A DNA stretch of 64,000 nt from an archaeon. GTDB lineage: Archaea; Iainarchaeota; Iainarchaeia; Iainarchaeales; GCA-2688035. Position 1 is the first letter of the stretch. The number at the start of each line of letters is the position of its first letter. Made by a program: the position numbers and the translations under genes. The DNA lies in contig JBAZQI010000002.1 of assembly GCA_041645325.1 (NCBI GenBank), positions 8,850 through 72,849 of the forward strand, in the 5' to 3' direction. Under the pieces are notes generated by a model that saw only the letters and a program-made list of their open reading frames with translations, was not told the DNA's origin and did not search any database. Below are positions 16,966-26,877 of the stretch, piece by piece.

Positions 16966-18912
16966 ATGAACAAACAATTATTGCTGTTATTCCTCGGGTT
17001 ACTGATTTTGCCAAGCGCGATTTCAGCCTCATGCGGCCTTGCCAACGACAACCAGCTAATCTTCCGGATAAGCGGCGCAACAGACGCGCACGCCGAGCTC
17101 TGGAACGGAGCAAGTGGATATCCCACGGAAATATGCTACAACACGATTTTCGGCTCGGAATATGCTGGCGCAAGCCCGCATTCCGGAAACACCGTGCTAA
17201 AAGCCTCTGCGGCAACAGATGCGCACGTTGAACAATCAAATCAGGCAAACTACCTGACAAACATAAGCTACGGCAGCCTTGCATGCACCTATGGGGCAAA
17301 CTGCGGCGCAGGCGAAACCTGCATTGCCACAATCAGCGGGGCAACAAACGCCCATGTAAGCTCATTGTGCAGCGGCGCAGGAAGCTATCCCCTAAAAGTG
17401 TGCTGCAAAGACACACCTGCGGCTCCGCATTCCTGCGAAATTACAGGCGTTGACCCTGCAACAATCAGGGTTTATGAAGGGGAAACAACAGTAAGCCTTG
17501 ATTATTTGGATTTCTCCTTTAATCCTGCTGCCAGTTCACTTAACTGCGGTGACGGCGGCGCGAGCAGCAATTTTTCCTGCGCAGGAGCCGGTGGCACAGG
17601 CACCTGCAGTTTTGACTGCAGCAACTATGATGATTTGGCCTCTTTTCCATTGGCGGCGTCTTTGCTGGACAATGCGGAAGTGGTTGTTTGCACCAATGAC
17701 GGCGTCTTTATTTTTGTTTACGGCACAATAGTCAAGATTGTTCCGACTTCTTTGAATGCAGGCGATTTTTTTACCACAGCCTATGCCCAGGTGCAGCTTA
17801 GCGGCACCGGCGAACTAGCCGAAGATGGTGAGGCGCCTGTTCCGGATTCTGTGGCATATTTTGCCGACCCGAGAAAAATCTATACTGAAGTGCGTATTTT
17901 TCCGCAAGGCTTTACATGGGATGACTGGGTATTGAAGACTGTGTCTCTTTCCGTGGATATTTCTTATGGAGGCTCATTTACCTTTAATTTTTCCGATAAT
18001 ATCCTCTTTCCGAATTTTGTTGACGACTTTAAGGATCTTCCCGCTGCTGATTACACTTTGCAGGTGAAAACCTATGAGTTTCCAAATACTTTGCTGAATG
18101 AGCCTCCTTCGGTAAACTTCAGCCTTACTGCCGGTGCCAATGTTCCTCCTAATTCAATAATAGACACGCCTGGCTCGAACCAAACAATAACAGTTGGGAA
18201 CAGCATTAATTTTACTGGTCATGGGACAGATACTGATGGGGTAATTGTGGCACACAGTTGGACTTGTGTGGCAGCAAGTGGAATTTGTCCGGCAATTTTT
18301 CCAACGAACCTGCAAAATCCGGGAAGCACGGTATTCAGCACTGTAGGGCAGTACACAATAGCCTATACTGTGCAGGATGATGACGGAGCATGGGATCCAT
18401 CGCCTGCAACGAGAATAATAACAGTCAATGCGGCTGCAGGCTCAGGCGCATACCTGCGGCTGACAAAGATTGATGTGGCGCCTGAAAATTTCAGTGGCGG
18501 TGCGCCGCCTGATTTTACCACGCTGAACGTGACTGTGAAGAACTTCGGCGACTCAACCGTTGCTTCCATAGGCCTTAAGGTTTTTGGGGCAACGGACTTT
18601 TCCATGGCTGCCGGAACAGAGCTTGCTTCCGCAACCTCGGATACCTGTGCCTTGGACCAGGGAGAGGAATGTACATTGCCGTTGGACGAAATTACTGTTT
18701 CCTCTTTGGTGCCTGGCTCCTACAAGTTGATTATAAAAGCCTTTGATAGTGATGGCATTGAACACGATTCTGATTCGGTGTTTTTCGTCGTCATTGGCCC
18801 TGTTCCAGTGCCTGAGCTTGGCCTTGTTTTTGTTCCCCTGCTTGCCCTTTCCGCCCTTGCAATAATGTTCTTTGCAGGCAGAGGAGCGAAAAGGCTAAGA
18901 AATAGCTTATAG
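16966..18912 (+). CDS. Secreted surface protein with three ~40-aa ATDAH Cys-containing repeats, a PKD-like domain and a C-terminal TM/basic sorting-like tail
   Basis: Signal peptide LLLLFLGLLILPSAISASC. Repeats SGATDAHAELWNGASGYPTEICY, ASAATDAHVEQSNQANYLTNISYGSLACTY and SGATNAHVSSLCSGAGSYPLKVCC. PKD-like GHGTDTDGVIVAHSWTC...YTIAYTVQDDDGAWD. C-terminus PVPELGLVFVPLLALSALAIMFFAGRGAKRLRNSL. Confidence 0.6.
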   Translation: MNKQLLLLFLGLLILPSAISASCGLANDNQLIFRISGATDAHAELWNGASGYPTEICYNTIFGSEYAGASPHSGNTVLKASAATDAHVEQSNQANYLTNISYGSLACTYGANCGAGETCIATISGATNAHVSSLCSGAGSYPLKVCCKDTPAAPHSCEITGVDPATIRVYEGETTVSLDYLDFSFNPAASSLNCGDGGASSNFSCAGAGGTGTCSFDCSNYDDLASFPLAASLLDNAEVVVCTNDGVFIFVYGTIVKIVPTSLNAGDFFTTAYAQVQLSGTGELAEDGEAPVPDSVAYFADPRKIYTEVRIFPQGFTWDDWVLKTVSLSVDISYGGSFTFNFSDNILFPNFVDDFKDLPAADYTLQVKTYEFPNTLLNEPPSVNFSLTAGANVPPNSIIDTPGSNQTITVGNSINFTGHGTDTDGVIVAHSWTCVAASGICPAIFPTNLQNPGSTVFSTVGQYTIAYTVQDDDGAWDPSPATRIITVNAAAGSGAYLRLTKIDVAPENFSGGAPPDFTTLNVTVKNFGDSTVASIGLKVFGATDFSMAAGTELASATSDTCALDQGEECTLPLDEITVSSLVPGSYKLIIKAFDSDGIEHDSDSVFFVVIGPVPVPELGLVFVPLLALSALAIMFFAGRGAKRLRNSL

Positions 18913-19052
18913 CGAATGACATTAATAATTGGGCATTTATTGCTCATTCGCCATAAGTAAAAGGCAATTTATTGTTCAAAAATAGGTCTTTTACTATATA
19001 TTCTTATTTTTTTGCTTCTTTATTCACTTCACAGGCACTTGAAGGTTTTTGC

Positions 19053-20405
19053 ATGAAGTTTGATTCAAAGGCAATTTTTTCAATTGTTGTTTCTGTGCTG
19101 ATGATTGGCTCAATTGTGGGCATCACTGCCTTTTACAATTTTCCCGACCAGGAACAGGGCAATGGCAATGACCAGCAGCCTGAGCAGCCGGCGACTTCCC
19201 TGGATTTTGTGGTCAATGACCTGAATGCAACGGTTTTCCAGATGCTTCCAAGCGCGAATATTCAGGCTGAAACCAGGGAAACTGATATCACCAAAATAAA
19301 CAACAGCATTTACGCAATTGATGGCGTGAAAAGGGTTTCCTCAAAGTTCGAGCAAAACCCCAGCACAATGCTTGGAACAGGCTTTATTTACAATGCGGAA
19401 ATAAGCTTTGGCTCTGACCTGAATATTCCTGTCATGCTTGAAAGGCTTGAAAGCCAAGCAAGCCTGCAGTACATAAACGGTTACACCTTTGCGCTGATAG
19501 CACTTCCAAAATCAATTGAATTTAAAAGCAAGGATAGTGCATTGGGCCTTTCCAGAAACTATACTTTTGCAGAAGACATCACCGATGCCCTCGTCAACTT
19601 TGGCACAATGGAAGGCGACCTATTGAATGTTTCAATTTCAGCAACCTTTGTAGGCGAAGAGGCCACAAATCTCATGGCATATGAAAACGAAAATCTTACA
19701 GCGAAGCCTGTGCAGAAGAAGGCTGGGCTTGAGGCCGAAATCGCATCGCTTGAAAACAGGCTTCTTTTTTCCGCAGAAATAACCCGCAGCGGTCTTGGGG
19801 CATTGACTTCACTTGAAGCGGATGCAAACGCGCTTTCAGGCGTTGCAGGCGCAGCGATTTCAATTCCGGCCATTGGGCCCTTGATTTCCATTGAAAGCAA
19901 TGCCACACTTGAACAGGAAAAATTTGCAACGCTTGAGCAATTCCTTAAAGACTTGAACGCGGAATCTGTTTCAATTGAAAACAACCCGGTAAGCGGAACA
20001 GTGTCCTTTTCAAAAGACATTAATAGCGCGGCTTTCCTGGAAAAAAAGCAGGCGATTGAAGAAAAGATTTCAGCCCTTGCCTTTGAAGCGGCCGTAAAAG
20101 AGGCAACAGGCACATTGTCAGGCCAGCTTAACCTTGAAGGCACAGGCTCTTCACAGATAGCTTTAGAATTGTCGAAGCTTCTTGAGAAAACCGCAAACGA
20201 TTTTGAAGTTCTGCAGCCAGGCAAGGTTTCGGTTCAGGGAATTCCTGATGCCGACCTCAACACATCTTATCTGGTTCCAAACGGCGAAATCCAGGCATTG
20301 CTTCTCCCCGGGCACGCAATCGGCAATCCTGTCCAGATTAAAGCAGATTACACCCTTGTAAGGGGAAGCATTGCATCGGCTTTTGCAACCGAAAAAAAGG
20401 CTTAA
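19053..20405 (+). CDS. Membrane-anchored (N-terminal signal anchor) extracellular protein, hypothetical
   Basis: Start chosen at MKFDSKAIFSIVVSVLMIGSIVGITAF. About 450 aa of S/T/A/N-rich ectodomain with no recognised domain. Confidence 0.5.
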   Translation: MKFDSKAIFSIVVSVLMIGSIVGITAFYNFPDQEQGNGNDQQPEQPATSLDFVVNDLNATVFQMLPSANIQAETRETDITKINNSIYAIDGVKRVSSKFEQNPSTMLGTGFIYNAEISFGSDLNIPVMLERLESQASLQYINGYTFALIALPKSIEFKSKDSALGLSRNYTFAEDITDALVNFGTMEGDLLNVSISATFVGEEATNLMAYENENLTAKPVQKKAGLEAEIASLENRLLFSAEITRSGLGALTSLEADANALSGVAGAAISIPAIGPLISIESNATLEQEKFATLEQFLKDLNAESVSIENNPVSGTVSFSKDINSAAFLEKKQAIEEKISALAFEAAVKEATGTLSGQLNLEGTGSSQIALELSKLLEKTANDFEVLQPGKVSVQGIPDADLNTSYLVPNGEIQALLLPGHAIGNPVQIKADYTLVRGSIASAFATEKKA

Positions 20406-20460
20406 AATTGCGGAGCGATTTGGCATAGATTTTTATTAAAGCTTAGCGCATACTGGTACA

Positions 20461-22302
20461 ATGAAGGGATCCATTTTTCTAATCGTGCTTGCGGTTGCAG
20501 CAATAGCGTTAAGCGGCTGCGTGCAACCCGCTGTTTGCGGAAATGGAATATGCGAAACAGGGGAAACACTGCAAAGCTGCCCGCAAGACTGCGGGCAACC
20601 GGCAGAATCGCATTTTGAGTGCTCAAGCCAGCAATGCATGCAAGTGCCAGGTGGAGGAACGGACGAATGTGTAACAAATGCGGAATGCATAACGCCAACG
20701 CACTTTGAATGCCAAAGCCAAGCATGCGTGCAAGTGACCGGCGCGGGAACAGACGAATGCACAGCAAACGCGGAATGCACAGCACCAACGCACACCGAAT
20801 GCCAAAACCAGCAATGCATTACAGTCAGCGGCGCTGGAACAAACCAATGCCAGGCAAACCAGGATTGCACAATAGCCTCAGTTTGCGGAAATGGCGCGGT
20901 TGAGCAAAATGAAGAGTGCGATGGCAATTTAATGTGCCAAGAAGGATACAACTGTGAAAGCTGCAAGTGTGTTGAAATGCCCGTTGCTTGTGGCAATGGG
21001 ATAATCCAGGAAGGAGAAGATTGTGATGTTGAGAATATATGTAGCGAAGGTTTTGAGTGCAAAGATTGCAAGTGTATAAAGAAGGAAGCTGTTTGCGGAA
21101 ATGGCCTGTGCGAGTACTTGGAAGACAAAACTAATTGCCAAGCCGATTGCGACAAGTGTATGGAAATCTATGACGGATACAATAATCCTTCGGCGAACAG
21201 AGCAAACATAATTTTTGCTGCTTTTGAGGTTGATTCAATAAAAGACAAAGCCAAGCAAGCTTTGGATTTGGACGAAAAAACATTGGGCTTGTTTTCGATA
21301 GAGCCCTTTAAAAGCAATAAAAACAAATTCAACTTTTGGTATGTTGACAAAAAATATGCCTCATCAAATGAAGCCTTGTCAGATGAAGCCAAAAAAGAAA
21401 TTGAAAGAATCTGCAATTACAGCAACACTTATTCTTATTATATTGCAAAAGACATAGACAACTTTATGCCCCTGGGAACAGCTGGACAGGGCCCTGGCAA
21501 TAAAGCCACAATTCGCTGGTACAAAGACGATCCAGATCCGCAAACTAATACCATAATAAGTACGGTCATTCATGAGTCAGGCCATTTAATAGGGCGATTA
21601 AAAGATGAATATGTGCTGGCGACAGGAAATGGCTCCATCTTTGATCAAGGCGAATACAAGCTTGACGAAAGTCTAGTCGAAAGAAACATATTCTTTGATT
21701 GGGAATCTTACAAAAATAATGGCAAAACAACAGAGGAAGAATGCCTGCAAAAAACCCATTGGAAAAGCCTTATCGGAAGTGGTTGCGGAAATCCTGCTGT
21801 TGTGGACTGCATTGAATGGCATTTAAAATGGGCTTTTGTGACAGATGAATCAGCAGCCCAAACATCATACGCCAAAATAGTTGGAGCTGATGTGAATTTT
21901 ACAATGCCTGAAAAGATTGACTCGCTTTCAGCAATTTACTACGGAGAAAACGCCTTGAAGATTACCAGCGCTTGCGAATCAAAAGATGGAAAAAACTGGT
22001 TTTGCTCGATATCAAATACTACAGCAGCCATTCTTAGCCTGATTGTGAATGGAGAACGAACCGAATTGAACTCCAACCTAAGACTGTCAGGCGGTGCTAT
22101 AAAATGCAAGGAAGGTATGCCTGACTGTATTATTGAAATTTCTTGCTTTGAGGGGGCACTCTACAAGCAGTACGATGTTTTTAGGCCAACATTTAACTCA
22201 ATAATGAATGAGCTTATAAATCGGCAGAGAGGGCAATATTCGTTTGGCAAAGTAAATGAACAGTTAATACAAAGCGAGTTAGACAAATACTCAAGCAGTT
22301 AA
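20461..22302 (+). CDS. Secreted lipoprotein: Cys-rich repeat modules fused to putative zinc metallopeptidase domain (HExxH...DEY, M64-like), paralogue 1
   Basis: Lipobox IALSGCVQP and the module VCGNGICETGETLQSCPQDCG. Three 26-aa HFEC..Q.C..V.G.GTDEC..N.EC repeats. Two CGNG....EECD/GEDCD repeats of the Myxococcus Cys-rich-repeat type. Catalytic-looking VIHESGHLIGRLKDEY. Confidence 0.6.
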   Translation: MKGSIFLIVLAVAAIALSGCVQPAVCGNGICETGETLQSCPQDCGQPAESHFECSSQQCMQVPGGGTDECVTNAECITPTHFECQSQACVQVTGAGTDECTANAECTAPTHTECQNQQCITVSGAGTNQCQANQDCTIASVCGNGAVEQNEECDGNLMCQEGYNCESCKCVEMPVACGNGIIQEGEDCDVENICSEGFECKDCKCIKKEAVCGNGLCEYLEDKTNCQADCDKCMEIYDGYNNPSANRANIIFAAFEVDSIKDKAKQALDLDEKTLGLFSIEPFKSNKNKFNFWYVDKKYASSNEALSDEAKKEIERICNYSNTYSYYIAKDIDNFMPLGTAGQGPGNKATIRWYKDDPDPQTNTIISTVIHESGHLIGRLKDEYVLATGNGSIFDQGEYKLDESLVERNIFFDWESYKNNGKTTEEECLQKTHWKSLIGSGCGNPAVVDCIEWHLKWAFVTDESAAQTSYAKIVGADVNFTMPEKIDSLSAIYYGENALKITSACESKDGKNWFCSISNTTAAILSLIVNGERTELNSNLRLSGGAIKCKEGMPDCIIEISCFEGALYKQYDVFRPTFNSIMNELINRQRGQYSFGKVNEQLIQSELDKYSSS

Positions 22303-22359
22303 GGCTTGACTGCAAAAGCAGTTGGCTTAAAATTTGGCGCCCCAAAAGAAAGGGCGTCC

Positions 22360-22701
22360 CTAATTTTCGCCCTTGAGTTCAAGGATGGCTGCGGCAATGT
22401 CGCCCTCGTTTTTTTTCAATGCGGCCTCGGCTTTTTTCTCGGAAACGCCTGCCTGCCTTACAACCATTTCAATGTCCTCGCTGCTAATGCCTTTTTCTTC
22501 CTCTTTCTCCTCGCCCATTATAGTGTAGGTTTTTTTGCCCTGCACCTCAACAATTGTAACGCTCGGGTTTTCAATCACAATCTTTTTGGTCTTGCTTTCA
22601 ATGACAACCCGCTCGGCATCCATTTCCTCGTTCTTGATGCCCATCTGCTTCATCATTTTCTGCATTGTCCTTGGGTCCAAGCCCTTCATTCCCGGAAACA
22701 T
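22360..22701 (-). CDS. nac: Nascent polypeptide-associated complex protein (NAC alpha, archaeal)
   Basis: NAC domain VVIESKTKKIVIENPSVTIVEVQGKKTYTI and C-terminal UBA-like SSEDIEMVVRQAGVSEKKAEAALKKNEGDIAAAILEL. Confidence 0.85.
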   Translation of the reverse strand: MFPGMKGLDPRTMQKMMKQMGIKNEEMDAERVVIESKTKKIVIENPSVTIVEVQGKKTYTIMGEEKEEEKGISSEDIEMVVRQAGVSEKKAEAALKKNEGDIAAAILELKGEN

Positions 22702-22779
22702 TCAACCAACTCCCCTTTTGCTAAATAAACCCTTTTATTGGAAAAAGCTTTTTAACCTGCGCCATCCTTATTTGTTTCC

Positions 22780-23433
22780 ATGAAAAAGGACCTTGTGAGT
22801 TCCTTTGAACAGTTGCAGAAAATGCTTCCCCCTGGCCTTGCAATAGAAAACGAAGCCGCAAGGGTTGCTGCGCTCAAACATTACCTTTCAAAGGGCGGCG
22901 TAATACACATTGCTCCAAGCGAAAGCGGCTGGCCAAAATTGCTGTACCCCACAAAAGCCCATTTGAGGAAAAAAATCGACGAAACAAGGGCACTGCGCAC
23001 CCAGTATTACAGGCGCCTTGAAAGCTGGCAGCACAAGTTTGACGGCGCAAAAAGCTACCACCAGGTGCACAGCATAAAAAAGCTCAAAGAGCCATTGTAC
23101 TGGAAACACATGGCCAAATGCATGGTTGATGCAGACTACAGGTCAGACGCCGGCAAGGTAAATCTGCCTGTGCACCTTGTTGCCGACCCAAGGTGGAAGC
23201 CAATGGTCAAAACCTTTATCTCAGACCTGGACTACAGGAAACAGCTTGTTCAAACAGTTGACGAAAGCATTGTCTACAAAAACGACAAAAGGGTGGCGCA
23301 ATACGCAGACCTGCTCCAGGACTTCAGGATGGAACAAAGCAACCGCAAAATAGGTGAACTCAATCAAAAGCTTGCAGCCCTTGACGCGGACATAACCGCA
23401 ATGCAAGAACTCGCAAGATGGGCAAGCTTTTAG
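22780..23433 (+). CDS. Hypothetical protein
   Basis: 217-aa ORF with plausible coding periodicity. No motif recognised. Confidence 0.4.
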   Translation: MKKDLVSSFEQLQKMLPPGLAIENEAARVAALKHYLSKGGVIHIAPSESGWPKLLYPTKAHLRKKIDETRALRTQYYRRLESWQHKFDGAKSYHQVHSIKKLKEPLYWKHMAKCMVDADYRSDAGKVNLPVHLVADPRWKPMVKTFISDLDYRKQLVQTVDESIVYKNDKRVAQYADLLQDFRMEQSNRKIGELNQKLAALDADITAMQELARWASF

Positions 23434-23700
23434 AAGCCTTTCTTTCTAAAAGCCTTTTAATAAAAGGCTTGCGAAAAACGATGGCGAAAAATGCTTCGCG
23501 AGAAAGAAAGCCTCCTGGCAAAACCATTGGTTTTGAAAGGCCCAGCAAAGCTGCAGCTTTGCCGGGTGGGAAAGAAAGCTTTTTGCTTCGCAAAAAGAAG
23601 CCTTTTTTTCTGCTGAAAAACCTTAGAGATGCTTTAGCATCTCTTACGGTTTCTGAACCTTATAGGTTCAGAAAAAGCCTTGGGAAAAAATGCGCTAATT
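23434..23700. repeat. Intergenic repeat cluster: hairpins plus second copy of the ~70-bp double-hairpin module and the AAAAGCCTTGGGAAAA motif
   Basis: 23617-23690 (AAAAACCTTAGAGATGCTTTAGCATCTCTTACGGTTTCTGAACCTTATAGGTTCAGAAAAAGCCTTGGGAAAA) is about 95% identical to 10693-10768. Additional hairpins include AGCCTTTTAATAAAAGGCT and CTTTTTGCTTCGCAAAAAG. Confidence 0.8.
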
Positions 23701-23837
23701 TTTTGCTAAGCATTTTTTTCCATTTCAGCGGATTCTTATTTTTCCGTTTGCAATTGCCTGCAGGAAGTCCATATCAAGGCTGCCCGGGTTACGAGGCCTT
23801 GCCAGGAAAATTTTTGCAGCAGTTTTGCCGGCAGCTT

Positions 23838-24101
23838 CTAGCGCCTTCCGATTCTATTTCTTCCTCTACTAATTTGCCCCAGTAAATCGCTATCGATTTT
23901 TGAAATGTCATGATGCCTTTCCATTATTATTTTTGCAGCTTCTTGTGCGCCAATCTTATTTGCGCGCATCAAATCCTCGACCAGCTTGGAAGTGTAGCCG
24001 ATTTTATCTATTTTGGTTTCACCCACCAGGGGTTTTCCCGTTTGAGTCACTCGCCGTCTTTTTACCTTTCTTACCCTTCTCATAATTGCGTGTTTCACCA
24101 T
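23838..24101 (-). CDS. Small basic protein, possible HhH-type nucleic-acid-binding protein
   Basis: MRRVRKVKRRR... with LMRANKIGAQEAAKII, which is helix-hairpin-helix-like. Family not recognised. Confidence 0.3.
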   Translation of the reverse strand: MVKHAIMRRVRKVKRRRVTQTGKPLVGETKIDKIGYTSKLVEDLMRANKIGAQEAAKIIMERHHDISKIDSDLLGQISRGRNRIGRR

Positions 24102-24235
24102 TAGCCATATGCTTTTCGCTGTTTAAATTTGTTTCTTTTCCAGATGCTCTGGGTTAAACCCTTTTTTTTACGCAATCCGCCGCAAAAAATCGCATAGCAA
24201 AGTAATAAATTCCAGTTTCGCTTTCTTTCTTTGCA

Positions 24236-24757
24236 ATGAGCTCCAAAAAAATCGCCTTAATGCTTTCAGCCATGTTCGCGCTTTTGCTGTGCGCAAGCGT
24301 GTTTGCGGACTTTCAGGTTTCTTCCTTTGAAATTGACCACAGCAAGGTTTTCGTGGCGTCGGGTTCATCAGAGCCGGTTGTTGCCGCTGTTTCGGTTCGC
24401 AATCTGGGCTCAAGCGCAGGCAATGCGCGCCTTGAGGTAATTGTCAAAGACGACGATGGAACGGCAATGCTCACTCAAATCGTGCTAATAAACAACCTTG
24501 CGGCCGGTGGCACCAGGGCACTTGGCGCCGCAGACGGCCTTGTTTTTGTCATCCCAGGCGCTTGGGACGCCGGCAATTACACTTTTTATGCAAGTGTTTA
24601 CGATGCAAGCGACAATTTCCTTGATGACCAAAAAATCAGGATTCTGACCCTTCAAATCGACAAGCCTGCTGTCATTCCCGAATTCCAGGCAATCCTGCTT
24701 CCACTGGTTGCGTTTTCTGTCCTTGCCATGCTTTTCTTGTCCGGAAAGCGGAAATGA
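24236..24757 (+). CDS. Small secreted beta-rich protein with PEF-CTERM-like sorting tail
   Basis: Signal peptide ALMLSAMFALLLCASVFA. C-terminus PAVIPEFQAILLPLVAFSVLAMLFLSGKRK is PEF plus TM plus basic, resembling archaeosortase PEF/PGF-CTERM signals. Confidence 0.5.
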   Translation: MSSKKIALMLSAMFALLLCASVFADFQVSSFEIDHSKVFVASGSSEPVVAAVSVRNLGSSAGNARLEVIVKDDDGTAMLTQIVLINNLAAGGTRALGAADGLVFVIPGAWDAGNYTFYASVYDASDNFLDDQKIRILTLQIDKPAVIPEFQAILLPLVAFSVLAMLFLSGKRK

Positions 24758-24804
24758 ACATGCACCACCTAGCTTTAAATATTTCCTGCCCCTTCTTTTA
24801 GCTG

Positions 24805-26667
24805 ATGAAAAAAGGTTTTGTTTTTATTTTGCTTTTGCTTGCATTGCTTTTGTCAAGCGGGTGCATTCAGCCACCAGTCTGCGGAAACGGAGCATGCGAA
24901 ACAGGAGAGAATCAACAAAACTGCCCACAAGACTGTGGAACAAGTCCAACGCACTTTGAATGCCAAAACCAAAAATGTGCAATTGTTCAAGGCGCGGGAG
25001 TTGATAAATGCCAGACAGACAAACAATGCCTAACTATTCCGGAAAAACACAACGAGTGCAATGAACAACAACAATGCATTGAAATATCAGGAAGCGGACC
25101 GAATGAATGCCAAAGCAGTACTGAATGCAAGCTGCCAAAGTCAGGTAATATTAATTTTGTTAAAATCCATGAAGGCACATATACAGGCACAAAAATAAAC
25201 TTATATTTTGTTAATTTTGGTTACCCCTCAGACAACTATGCCTCTTTTGTTTATGATGTCAACTACGCATTGTTTGCTGATGATTCTTTCGAAGGAAAAA
25301 GACAAAGAGGTCTTCTCAATGCAGAGCCATTTAAAACTTACAAAGAAAGATTTGACATTTATCAACTAAAAAAAATATTGGATGGGGAGGAAATAGGTTG
25401 CGGTGATTCGTGCAACATGATGGATGTGACCGTTTTTATAGAGTCTGCTGATGGGCTAAACCTTGGAAAGTGTTCCAATGATTACTCTTTAATTGATGAC
25501 AAATATTCTCTTGTTAATTGCAATGAATTTGTCCTCTTAATTAAAACACTTCCCTCCGGTTGGCAAGTAACGGCTGATAATGAATATATGCCTATACAAA
25601 CGGGGATTGAATCCCGCCTCGAAATATTTTTACATGAAATGGGGCATTTATTTGGCGGCATTAGGGATGAATATGACGAAGGTTATAACCAAGTATTACA
25701 ACAGACGGGCGAATATGACAACTTAAATTCCTTAAGCGTGTCACTTGAAGGGCAAAATTGCGATGTCAGGCCTGGCTGCCCAAGCTGGTGCAGTGGACCG
25801 GCAAAAAAAGTTCAAATAACAGGCGCGTGCACTTACAGTACGACTGAAAGCGCGTGCAATTCAAACTATGCTGACAGCTGTGTGTGGATTACAAATCCAG
25901 AATTAGTTGATTATTTTGGGTCAAATTGCATTCCACAATGGCCTAGCGGGGATGTTCTTTCATGGAATAGCGGGAATCAATGCGGTGAAGAATTAGGCTG
26001 TTACTATGGTTGTGATGGTTTTGGTTGGAGACCAACTAAAATTTCCCTTTATGGCCCGAATCTTTATATGTGGGATTCTGTTGAATGGAATAATTATACA
26101 AAAGATGGCCTTGAACCTTTTAATTCAATTCAAAAAAAAATGATTAATGAGAAAATAGAAAAAAATACAAATTACGTTAGCGGCAATGACATCCCGATCA
26201 GCACTGAAGTAGCAAGGACTAGAATGGTTTGGGACTTGCCTGAACTTACCGGATTTATCCCTGGCGGAATGTGGAATTTGAGCAAATCTGAAACCCAAAC
26301 CATTTATCACATCGATTTGCGTTATATTAAAGTAGACCAAAGGTCAGAATTTGCGCTCGACATCATTGAAGACCCCGCCTCTATGATAGTTACTGCACTA
26401 CCAGACTCATTTTTGGATGAAAAAGTAAGTGAAGCACGAGGCATATGGAAAGATATATCATTGAAGGAAATTAATGGCAACAAGATTTTTGAAGGGACAA
26501 CAGATGCTTCGGCAGGAAAACAAAAATATGCCTTGTGGATATCTGAAGACAATTTTGTTAGGGGCTGGAACGGCAATGATGAAGGCACTGTTATTGATGA
26601 TGCCTTATTTGATGCTCTTCTAAACGCATACCTTAAAAAATACCCCTCAACATACGGGCGCGGATAG
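24805..26667 (+). CDS. Secreted lipoprotein Cys-rich/M64-like putative zinc metallopeptidase, paralogue 2
   Basis: LLSSGCIQPPVCGNGACETGENQQNCPQDCG, then two HFEC-type repeats, then FLHEMGHLFGGIRDEYDEGYN. Lower GC than paralogue 1. Confidence 0.55.
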   Translation: MKKGFVFILLLLALLLSSGCIQPPVCGNGACETGENQQNCPQDCGTSPTHFECQNQKCAIVQGAGVDKCQTDKQCLTIPEKHNECNEQQQCIEISGSGPNECQSSTECKLPKSGNINFVKIHEGTYTGTKINLYFVNFGYPSDNYASFVYDVNYALFADDSFEGKRQRGLLNAEPFKTYKERFDIYQLKKILDGEEIGCGDSCNMMDVTVFIESADGLNLGKCSNDYSLIDDKYSLVNCNEFVLLIKTLPSGWQVTADNEYMPIQTGIESRLEIFLHEMGHLFGGIRDEYDEGYNQVLQQTGEYDNLNSLSVSLEGQNCDVRPGCPSWCSGPAKKVQITGACTYSTTESACNSNYADSCVWITNPELVDYFGSNCIPQWPSGDVLSWNSGNQCGEELGCYYGCDGFGWRPTKISLYGPNLYMWDSVEWNNYTKDGLEPFNSIQKKMINEKIEKNTNYVSGNDIPISTEVARTRMVWDLPELTGFIPGGMWNLSKSETQTIYHIDLRYIKVDQRSEFALDIIEDPASMIVTALPDSFLDEKVSEARGIWKDISLKEINGNKIFEGTTDASAGKQKYALWISEDNFVRGWNGNDEGTVIDDALFDALLNAYLKKYPSTYGRG

Positions 26668-26877
26668 CAGTACCGTTTGCCCGCCATGCAAATCTGGAAT
26701 GCGCCCCGATTCCGCCATTAAACCCCAAAAAAGCATGCAAAAATCCTGAAATTAAAATCCTGATTATTGGAAACTGTTCTGCAGAATAAGTTCCGATCTT
26801 TTTTATTCTGCCTTTTCTTCGACTTCGCCTTTTCTTACAATATGTTTTAAATAGCGGCTAATTCTTATGATATTGCA

